NCBI GenBank assembly: GCA_951406725.2 | Contig: OX597814.1 | Span: 125,116,001-125,180,000, forward strand | Length of the DNA stretch: 64,000 nt | Direction of reading: 5' to 3' | Source of the DNA: Octopus vulgaris | Lineage: Eukaryota | The notes under the pieces: model-generated | Seen by the model: the letters and a program-made list of their open reading frames with translations, nothing else | Database searches by the model: none | Told to the model about the DNA's origin: nothing | Shown: positions 53,501 through 64,000 of the stretch, piece after piece | Position numbering within the stretch: the first letter of the stretch is position 1 | Layout: every line of letters begins with the position of its first letter | Position numbers and translations under genes: made by a program

Positions 53501-54073
53501 TGTGTGTGTGTGTGTATGTGTGTGTGTGTGTGTGATTTACAAATATATAATGATTAATACATACAGAGATATTAATATGCATATATATTATTTTCATAAA
53601 AGTAAATAAATAAGTCTGTTTGTGTGTGTGTGTGAGTGTATATGTGTGTGTGTTTGTGTGTAGTGTGTGTGTATTTGTGTGTGTGGGGGGGCATGCATAT
53701 ATAATCATATATGAAAACAGATATACAGAAAATGAAGGAATATATTCAAATATATAATGAAACATAAAGGAAAATGGTATGTAAATGTATGTAAATGAAT
53801 AAAAAAGTTCACACAGAAAAGTACACAAACACGCATGCACAAACACACACACACACATTTACATATAAACATACACTCGTTTATTCTCAAATACAGAAAG
53901 GAGATCAAGCGCACACACACAGGCAGGGATAGGTGCACAATCACTCTAAAAATTATATATATATAAAACATATATATAATTAGTCATTTGTACAAAATAT
54001 ACACATTAAATGACAGACATAGAAACCCATTATAGCGTTTATGTGCGCGTGTGTGTGAGGGTGTGTGTGCATG

Positions 54074-54117
<44 letters not shown>

Positions 54118-54204
54118 TACATTCATTTACATAACATTATATATATATATATAAATGCTGATGATAATATATTTGAAGGTATGTGTGTGTATATATGTGT
54201 ATAC

Positions 54205-54244
<40 letters not shown>

Positions 54245-54811
54245 GTATACACACACGCACACACATATATACACAGTTTCATATATAATTAGTAATTTAT
54301 AGAAAACATATGCATCACATAAATACACATTAAATGGCATATACATATGTATGTGCGTGTGTGTGTGTGTACGTTCACACATGTGTATTACATGCACATG
54401 ATGGCACACATATACACGCATACTGTGAGTGCTAGAACCAAGTGCATAGAAACAGGCACATACATAGCTATAACAAACACACGTGCATATTCAGGCATAC
54501 AGTTTCACACATAGGACATATACATATAACTATGCAGTTGCAAACAGATACGCATATACATATAAGCTTACAGTCACAAACAGATCCGCGCGCGTGTGTG
54601 TAACTGAACAGCAACAAGTAGACACATATATACATACACTTTCATGCACCCGCACACATATACACAGATTGAAAAACAATCAGATATATATACAATATTG
54701 ATTTTTAAATTTTAGTATTTACTGAGAAATATACACTTGCATTGTACATATAGCCCGACACATATGTATACATACATACAAATGCAAATATAAATAAATA
54801 TATATATATAT

Positions 54812-54844
<33 letters not shown>

Positions 54845-55913
54845 CACATATATATATATGTGTGTGTGTGTGTGTATCTATATGTATGCATGTATGTATA
54901 TACTAGACAGACATACATTCACACACACACGTCTTTGTTTTTCACAAACAAGACAAAAAGCACTTAATACATATTGTAGACTATATTTATTGTACGCTAC
55001 TGATTCTGGCTGTGTCACTTTAGGAGTTTCACGTGTCGTACGTTTTATTTCCTCTGGCAATGCTTAATGTGTTGAGAGAAAAATATACCAGATGGTATTA
55101 AATTCTATCAATTCCATTGGTTATGTTCGATCATGTGGTGTATAGGTTTAGTAGAAAAGTTCCTTTTCTAGCGAAGATCATTTCCAACTTGTAAATTTTT
55201 CTTATGTTACGATATTTAGGAAATATTTCTTATGTTCTGTTTTGTTCTGTTATAAAGAATGAATCTGACTATTTAATGTCGAAATTTTGGTCGGCAGCTA
55301 TCCAATCTGCAATTTAAAGGTATCCAGTCTGGGATACGTTTAAATTTGTGAAACACTGATATTTTCTGTTGTGTGGACTGTTCGAAATATTACTATAGTC
55401 AGTATTTTATACTTCTCAAATTATAAGTTTCGTCTGCTATAGCTTCTATTGTGTGGTTTCACTTCTTTGACGAATGCGCAATTTACTGTGACATCGTGTG
55501 CTTCTCAGACCTAATGTGATAGTTTTCTCGAATTAACCCTGTTCCTGAACTTACATTACTATGTTACGTTCAAATCTTAAAACAAAATTAATTCCACATC
55601 ATTATCACAGTAGATATGGAATCTCAAAGACATAGGAGTAAATGACACCATAATAAAGTGAAGTATTGTTGAAAACTGCGGCAGAAGGAATTTATTCAAA
55701 ACTGAAAAGAATAAACAACTGACTTTACCAGATAATGTACTCAGTAGGAGAGATGAGATCATCTCTATATATTCGCACAGGAGAAAATTTAATGCTTTCA
55801 TCTGTTAAACATATTTCTATGCTGATACTCTTGAATCATTACCTCGATAAATACCGACTCAAATTTCGACAACATATGTTGAGTCTTAGAAAATCAAAAT
55901 CGTTCTTAGTCAA

Positions 55914-56305
55914 AGGAGTGGCTGTGTGTTAAATAGCTTGCTTACTGACTACATGGTTCCGGGTTCAGCCCCACTGCGTAGCATCTTGGGAAAATGTCTT
56001 CTACTATAGCCTCGGGCCGACCAAAGCTTTGTGAGTGGATTTGGTAGACGGAAACTGAAAAGAATCCCGTCGTATATATGTTTATGTGTGTGTGTGTGTG
56101 TTTGTAAGTCTGTTTGTCCTCACAACATCGCTTGACAACCGATGCTGGTGTGTTTACGTGCCCGTAACTTAGCGGTTCGGCATAAGAGACCGATAGAATA
56201 AGTACTAGGCTTCTAAAGAATAAGTCCTGGGGTCGATTTGCTCGACTAAAGGCGGTGCTCCAGCATGGCCGCAGTCAAATGAGTGAAACAAGTAAAAGAC
56301 TAAAA
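55914..56305 (+). mobile_element. Full-length SINE family A
   Basis: Same consensus blocks as 40790-41210. Confidence 0.85.
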
Positions 56306-56309
56306 GCAA

Positions 56310-56812
56310 GAGTTAGTAATCGTGAGTGTCTGTCCCCTTCGATTTAGATTCCTAACTACTCCCACATTTTGCGGTGCAGTTTAACCAAATTCGGGTATCT
56401 TATAGTCGTGATTCATATCGAGCCCGTCTGAGTATTAGCGAGCGTCTACGATGAGTCTACGATTTTAAAAATAATTTAACATCATTTTTTATTCCATTTT
56501 AATGCATAATTTTTCGTGTGTCGATGGCGGCGGAGTTGGTGTCCACGCTCAAACACCTGCACCTGTTTGCTTCTCCCCCTTCTTCCCTCCCTCGTGAAGC
56601 TGTGGGGGAGGGAGTGTAAGGAAATTAACGTCGTAAAGCGTTGTCAAGGAGACCAGCGTTCTTTTAGAACAACGACTTCATGGCTTGAAGACACCAAAAC
56701 AGAAATGGCTAAGAAAGCCCGAATTGGCATCTATAAGGGAAGTAACTCTCTAAAAATGCTTATATAGTTTTTTCCCTTACAAACCCGAGCAACGCCGAGC
56801 GATACTGCTAGT
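56310..56812 (+). mobile_element. Non-autonomous Helitron-like element
   Basis: 3' end cccgagcaacgccgag (hairpin-like)..ctgCTAG|t is the typical Helitron terminus; CpG-rich body. Confidence 0.6.
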
Positions 56813-56934
56813 CGTATCTAAATTAAGAGTTACCATAGGCAAAGGGAAACTTTCCCGTGATTGCCATGTAACAAAAAACGAAATCACATGACCTTAGATG
56901 ACGAGTGGAATAAATATGGTTAGTAATTATAACC

Positions 56935-57250
56935 TGGCATTCCGCAGGCTACGACGACTACTGTTCCAATTGATCTGATCAACAGAACAGTCTGCTCAAC
57001 GTGCAAGTGGCCGAGCACTTCATAAACACGCATATCCTTACCGTAGTTCTCAGGAAGATACAGCGTGACACAATGTGATAAGGCTGGCCTTTTGAAATAC
57101 AGGTGCAACTCATTTTTGCCAACTGAGTATACTGGAGCAACATGAAATAAAGTGTCTTGCTCAAGAACTCAGTGCGCCATCGAGAATCCAACTCATGACC
57201 ATACGATCCTGAACCCAATACCTTAACCACTCAGCTACACAACTTCACAC
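56935..57250 (-). mobile_element. SINE family C-related copy
   Basis: gtgtcttgctcaaga..ttaaccact; matches 12109-12417 in reverse. Confidence 0.7.
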
Positions 57251-57340
57251 GCATCTTAATTCAAATAACTTCGCTTATGGGGATTACAACACGTGAAACT
57301 CAGAGTTGACCTAAAACACCTTATACACAATATTATAGAT

Positions 57341-57663
57341 CAGTGGTTCCCAAAGTGGGCGGTATTGCCCCCCCCCACACACACACACCTAAGGGCGGGG
57401 GAAAGTTCCAAGGGGGTGTTGAAGAAAAGTGGGGTGATAATGGGGTAGCGATTCATATAACAAGTGCGGCGATAATGGGGTAGCGATTCGTGTGAAAACA
57501 GCTAAATAATGGGGGTTTCTTTAGGTTAAATTATACTTGTGAAACACGGTTGCTTTGAATTTACCCCAGGAAGAGGTCTATGTTTGTGATGATTAGTTGG
57601 GATGGAGTACTAGGAATGCTGGCGTCAAGGGGGTGGCAGCCCGAAAAAGGCTGGGAACCACTG
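57341..57663. mobile_element. hAT (Charlie-like) MITE
   Basis: TIRs cagtggttccca / tgggaaccactg; similar tagat-containing flanks on both sides. Confidence 0.75.
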
Positions 57664-58346
57664 CTTAGATACATATACCTCCCACAGTTGACAACAGTTT
57701 ATAGGCGCAGGCATGGCTTTATGTTAAGTAGTTTGTTTCCCAACCACATCGGTTTTAGTCACACAGCACAAACACCTTGGACAAGCTTCTTTTACTATAG
57801 CCGCGGGTCGGTGAAAGTCATGTGAGTGGATTTGGTAGATAGAAACCGAAAGATCATCTGTGTATGTGCGAGCGTGTGTGTGTGTGTGATTGTGTTTGTG
57901 TTTGTCCCCATCACCACCGCTTGACAACCGATGCTGGTTTGTTTACATCCACGTAACCTAGCGATTCGGCGTAAGAGACGGACAGTTAAGTACAGTGCTT
58001 GGAAAATTAAGTACTTTGGTCAGTTCATTTGACTGAAACCCTTCAAGCTCGTGCCCCAACATGGCAGCAGTCATCGACTACAAAAAGTAGATGAAAAAAG
58101 ATTTATATGGAAAACGTTTAAAACATCCCACACAAGACGCGAGACATGGAAAATATTAACAAAATGCATTTTTCATTTCACATTACATCTAATTAATTCT
58201 AAAGTATATTATTACAATCAAATCTTTTCGGAATACAATAATATGCATTGAATAACAGATTATCACAATTAAATTATTTTAAAATAGATTATTACATATT
58301 CCGAAATATCATTCATAATACGTTACTACAATCAAATTATGTGTGG

Positions 58347-58400
<54 letters not shown>

Positions 58401-58492
58401 TGTGTGTGTGTGTGTGTATCTTTACGGGATGATAGCGCTAAGCAGTGCTGTGCGTAAATACAAATTTCATACTAGTTCAAGTATGTTGGTGT

Positions 58493-58797
58493 TTGTTTTT
58501 TGTTCCTTCTCGAGCCAAGCCTGGCTCATAAGGGCCGGTTTCCCGGTTTCATTGGCGTATAGGTTTCCCACCTGGACGGGACGCCAGTTCGACACAGATG
58601 TGCTACTAGATGCAGGGGGAAAGAGTGAGAGAAAGATGTGGCGAAAGAGTCAGTAGAAGTTCGCTATTACCGTCTGTCGGAGCCGCGTGGAGCTTAGGTG
58701 TTTCGCTCATAAACACACATATAGCCCGGCCTGAGATTCGAATCCGCGATCCCTCGACCGCGAGTCCGCTGCTCTAACTGCTAGGCCATGTGCCTCC
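58493..58797 (-). mobile_element. tRNA-derived SINE (family C-like head, different 3' part)
   Basis: Minus: ggaggcacatggcctagcagttagagcagcggactcgcggtc..cacctaagctccacgcggctcc. Confidence 0.75.
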
Positions 58798-59068
58798 ACA
58801 TTTCAAATATGCTTGAGGCAAAATCGTACCCGTATGAATGCCATGCACTGGGTTTTGTCATGGAAAAAATTTCCCGCCCTAGACAAATGTGTGTAAATAC
58901 ACCGAGTCACCTAACCAGACTGTGGGATGCATGCATTTCAAAGTGGTTATCTCCTCTTCAGCCGCAGAGACTGGAAAGGGAGGTGCTGCGAACTTGACTC
59001 GAGATACAGGTCCTTCTTGTGATATTCCAATCATTGCTTAATGACTGACAGCGCTAAGCAGTGATGAA

Positions 59069-59123
<55 letters not shown>

Positions 59124-59739
59124 GTGTGCGTGCGTGTGCGCGCGCGTGTGAGGCTTGCTTCCCAACGACATGTAAACCCTCACCCTACTCCCACCCTGCC
59201 CCGTACTGTCCTACCCTCCCCCGGCAGTCACCAACTTTCACCCTGCCCCCACCTGACACAGACACACAGGAACCCCGAAATTCCTCAATACCCATCCCCC
59301 CCCAAAAGGAAAAAAAATGTATGACATTTTATATAATATAACAATCGGTTAAAAGAGGAGGTAAACTCTCCAATGTCGGTGGATACATCGTATTATGTCG
59401 GATGTGCCATATTGAGTGACGAAGATCGGATTGGACTGATGAAAAGGTACGGGGCGGAGATTGTAGACCTGGAGAAAGAGATTGATATTAGTAAGTTACC
59501 ACCAACGGTGGCCTTTCACAAACTTTAACATGACAACGTTTAACTATAATGAATTAATGTTTTAAAAGTTGTGTTAAAAGAGTTAAATGAAGTCATTTGG
59601 ATTGTGGAGTCAGGTGGCCTTCATTCCAGCTTCCAATATTTATAACCATCTTTTTCATTCGTTTTTATTTTTTTCCCTACTTATGTGTTTGTCTATCCTT
59701 GTATTGTCCCTCTTCGTTTAGCCCCTTGTAGATAATTGT

Positions 59740-60120
59740 GGAGGCGCAATGGCCCAGTGGTTAGGGCAGCGGACTCGCGGTCGGAGGACCGCAGTTTCGA
59801 TTCCCAGACCGGGCATTGTGAGTGTTTATTGAGCGAAAACACCTAAGGCTCCACGAGGCTCCGGCAGGGGAGGGGGTGAACCCTGCTGTACTCTTTCACC
59901 ACAACTTTCTCTCGCTCTTTCTTCCTGTTTCTCTTGTACCTGTATTTCAAAGGGCCAGCCTTGTCACATTCTGTGTGTCACGCTGAATCTCCTCGAGAAC
60001 TACGTTAAGGGTACACGTGTCTGTGGAGTGCTCAGCCACTTGCACGTTAATATCACAAGCAAGCTGTTCCGTTGATCGTATCAGCTGGGACCCTCATCGT
60101 CGCAACCGACGGAGTGCTCC
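59740..60120 (+). mobile_element. SINE family C, full length
   Basis: Near-identical to 22980-23358. Confidence 0.85.
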
Positions 60121-60559
60121 TATATGTAGGTAATTACGAACAAATCTTTACTGTTAACATGTACAATTACTATGAAAAAATTATACTGGATTACCACTAT
60201 GAGAATCTCTCAAATCCTTGTTGGATTACTATATGGAAATTTATACAGAATTCCTACGACTTCTATCTATACCACTATGGATAAGCTAATTCTTATAAAC
60301 ACAGATAAACTTTTAAGAACGGTTTTCTTCCTTTTATATCTCTGAAGAATGGTTATGCAACTTCAATATGATTATCGTTTCGATTTCATTCAGATAAGTT
60401 ATATAATCATGAGACGATCGTAAGAATTGTTATACATCTTCTTATTCTCTATTGTACATTTCTCTTCTCATCATTTACGTGGTAAAACATTTCTCTATGG
60501 TAATATATACTTCTTGTGAATATTCCAAATATACTTATTCCATTATTTCTTATATTCTA

Positions 60560-60627
<68 letters not shown>

Positions 60628-60628
60628 A

Positions 60629-60694
<66 letters not shown>

Positions 60695-60699
60695 TGTAT

Positions 60700-62680
60700 A
60701 TATAGTTGAAATTTATAGGAAACTAAGAGACGAAGACAGGTGTATGAACAACAAGCAGGCGTATTAGTTTGATGCTCGGAAAAAGGTAAAAGTCTTTTAC
60801 GTTTCGAGCCTATGCGCTTTAACATAATGGAATAAGAGAAAATAAACAGAGAGCGAATGAAAAAATACCTGTAGATTTAGCGGTCAAGCATGGCGACTGA
60901 TTAAAAAAAGAGTTTGAAAGAAGAGGTTGGAAAAAAGGGAAATGATAAAGTGATGGTGATCCTACATGAAGATGCGCGTGCATGTGTGTGTATGTGAGAA
61001 TGGTGTGTGTGAATGTGTGTGTATGTGTGTGTATGTGTGTGTGTGTATGTGTGAATAGGGGCTACTGACTTTGACGTATGTGGGTGTGTGCGTATGTATG
61101 TGTATGCATCTGTAATGTGTGACTGCTCATATACTGGTATGTGTGGTGACGTTCTTGGAGATTGTGTGTGAGTGTGTGTGGATGATGCTGTGTAGTGTGA
61201 GTGCAGGGAATTGGTCAGTACTAGTGTGTGGAGTGGTATGGAGTGGTGTAGTGGGGGGTATTGCAGTATCAATGAAGAGAAGAGGTGGGCAGGAGCGAAG
61301 AGAGGAAGTAGGTGTCGGACGAAGAGAGAAGGGGTGTCAGATGAGGAGAGGAGGGGTCTCAGATGAAGGGAGGAGGAGAGTCGAGCCCATATGGCGCAAA
61401 GGAGCGAAGAGAGAAGATGGCCCCTGTGCAATGACAGTCCGCGACACAGACATGTTGTAGTGAATGACCGGTAGAGCGGAAATGGCGCGAAACCAGGATG
61501 TCATTGCTGAGTCTGATGTTTCGGGGGTGCTCCGTGAACAGGTCAGCAAAGCGGCGTCCGTTTGACCGATGTACAAGAAGGGCAGAAAGAGCAGGAAATG
61601 CAGTAAATAACGTTGCTGGATGTGCAGGTAAAGGAATCGGTGATGTGATAAAGACGATGATGGGTGTCATGAGGAAGGTGGTGTTGTGGAGGTTGGGGCA
61701 AGTAGGGTAGCGTAGGCAGGAGCAGGGGAACAAGCCAAGCTGGGATGTGGAGGTAAGAGAAGAAACTGTGCATCAGGAGGTCACGCAGGTTGTAGGCTCG
61801 TTTGAAGGAGGGAAGGGGTAGGTTGGAGAATATGTGCGAGGTGGAGGGATCAGACTGGAGTCGCCGGAAGGCTCGGAGAATGGTGCGTTGGAGGAGCAGT
61901 GTAGAGTGGTGGTAGGTAAAGGGAAACGGGAGTCGGTAACAGTGGAGCAGGTGCGGGGAGAAAGAGCAAAGGCACGTTCATAGAATGCGCCCTGACAAGG
62001 GTAGTGTGGATAGTGGTGAAGGGATATCCACAAAGGATGAAGGGGCGAGCCATGAGTTGAGACTGAATCTCAAAGTCATGGTTGTCACTGCAGTGCTTGC
62101 GCAGACGGAAGAATTGGGAGTAGGGGACGGAGAGCTTACTGTGGGTAGGGTGGGAGGAGGAGAAGTTAAGGTAGGAGTGTGAGTCGGTGTGTTTGTAGTG
62201 GATGGACGTAGTGAGAGCGCACTGGTGTATACTGCTAGAAATATCGAGAAATACGACGGAAGAATTAGAAATTCGAGAATTTGAGGGCAGGATGGAAAGA
62301 TTAGACAAAAGGGAGGAAAGAGTCTAGTTTTTCGCAGCAGAGTGAGGTCGCACCGATACAGTCATCGATATAACGACCATATATAGTTCGGGAGTGGAAC
62401 CAGTGAATCGTAAGAATATTTGGGCCTCAACGTAGCCAACGAGCAGGTTCGCATAGTTGGGGCCCATTGTTGTTCCCATGGCCATTCCCGAGACCTATTC
62501 GTAAAAATCCCCCGCGAACAAGAACAGTCGAGGGAGAGAACAAGTTCCGCCAGACAAAGAAGTGTGGAGGTATCAGGTTGGGGGTTGGGTCGAAGGCCCA
62601 GAAAATGTTTCAATGCAAGAAGTGCTTCGTTGTATGGGATTACCGTATATAAACTCTTGATATCAAGAGTGAAGAGTAGT
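60700..62680 (-). mobile_element. Degenerate Penelope-like element (RT + C-terminal GIY-YIG), microsatellite-flanked
   Basis: LFTLDIKSLYTVIP, GRYIDDCIG, HYKHTDSHSYLNFSSSHP..VPYSQFFRLR, FTCTSSNVIYCISC..YIGQT..EH..VSRHF across frameshifts. Confidence 0.9.
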
Positions 62681-63722
62681 TTACATGTATGTTTATATAT
62701 ATGTGTGTGTGTGTGTGTGTGTGCGTGTATACATGCATATATATGTATATATATATATATATAATATCTATCCATCAATCTATCAATCTCTCTCTCTATA
62801 TATATATATAAATTATATATAAAAATTACAAAAGGGGACAAGAACGCAAACCACACAGAGACGACACAAAAAAACAAACGGGTCATTCGAAGCCTCTAAT
62901 CTTCAGTCGGGAACCGGATCATCTTAGCAATTTCGGCTGATTAATCCTGATATCGATCCGATCCGGCCAGCCCCAAGGAAAAACTAAGCTACGAGCATTA
63001 GATTTCTTGGAAAAAGGATCGAATGTATACAAAACAAGGACAGAAAACCGGACGATGCCACACGAATATAAATACAAGAAACAAAAAATAAAAATAAAAA
63101 ACATGAATAGTAATAACAGGACAAAAACAGCGGGTGTCTTACGACTTCAGACAATTTAACTTATCTTGGATGGCGTATTTTGAAAAAATGCCTTTGCGGC
63201 AGACGAAGACAACAGTGTTAACATGGCAGCGGTCAAAGGCGGAAAGACCGATTACCTAGTACTTTTTAGTAGAGTATACACATACAAAACGTTTGCAAGG
63301 AAAAAGTTTAACGTTGAATTCGAAGTTTCGTCTTGTTTGTCTTCGTTGTATGTGTGTTTGTATCTCATGCTCTCGATATCCCCTGATGGTGGTAAAAGAA
63401 TGTCACCGTCATATAAATGGTGTTCTTCGTTTCCATTCTTCTGTGAAACCATTTTCCGACCACGAAGTAATATTAACTTACTTGAATACAGGTGAGAGTT
63501 AGACACAGGAAGGGCATCAGGTTGTAGATAATCTTCCTCAATGAATTTCGTCTGATCCATTCAAGCTTGGGAAATGGACGTTAAAGCAGTGATATAGATG
63601 TGTGTGTATGTGCGTGCGTGTATGTGTGTGTACGTATAGTTTCAATATTGCTTACTAAAAACAAAGCAAATCACAAACGACGGCGAGAATTCAACGCATA
63701 TTCTACGGATTAATTGATACAT

Positions 63723-63922
63723 ATTTCTTTACTACCCACAAGGGGCTAAACACAGAGGGGACAAGCAAGGACAGACAAACGGATTAAGTCGATTACATCG
63801 ACCCCCGAAAGGATGAAAGGTACAGCCGACCTCGGCGGAATTTAAACCCAGAACGTAACGGCAGACGAAATACGGCTACGCATTTCGCCCGGCGTGCTAA
63901 TGCTTCTGCCAGTTCGCCGCCT
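63723..63922 (-). mobile_element. SINE family B, single unit with internal deletion
   Basis: Minus head aggcggcgaactggcagaagcattagcacgccgggcgaaatg. Confidence 0.8.
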
Positions 63923-64000
63923 TTCTACGGGTTAATTGATATATTTTAGCAAAATATTGACTTCAACTGGTGTACACGCGTTTCGCTCAATTGAGATATT

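Noticed and set aside
59430-59485. CTGATGA..GAAA spacing and a ~50-aa ORF
   Set aside because: No pairing for stems I/III and no recognisable protein motif.
62870-62985. Hammerhead-like fragments on the minus strand (CTGAAGA..GAAT; ggctg..cagcc-GAAA)
   Set aside because: Neither has both core halves plus a convincing stem I; may be a decayed PLE end but cannot be supported.

Overview
AT-rich eukaryotic (animal) genomic DNA made almost entirely of repeats: (TA)n/(CA)n/(TATG)n microsatellites, many tRNA-derived SINEs, and decayed LINEs (R4/Dong, CR1, RTE, CRE), Tc1/mariner, hAT and Helitron relics. The repeat landscape looks like an octopus/cephalopod genome (inference). No intact host protein-coding gene is recognisable, and nearly all ORF-track entries are microsatellite translations. 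The standout structure is a ~6.3-kb palindrome (23756-30094) sitting in a (TA)n tract. Two near-identical ~2.8-kb inverted arms each carry a type I hammerhead ribozyme near the outer end. They enclose an intact, RT-less Penelope-type GIY-YIG endonuclease ORF whose in-frame ATG comes from a perfect 25-bp fold-back hairpin. The same 'tail-out, TA-flanked, hammerhead-bearing' layout recurs in miniature at 10631-11151 and 13931-14184; the latter has a compensatory G3:C8 core variant. A possible ancient version lies at ~5.2-10.1 kb. Coordinates of degenerate relics are approximate, and family assignments come from motif recognition by eye, not database searches.
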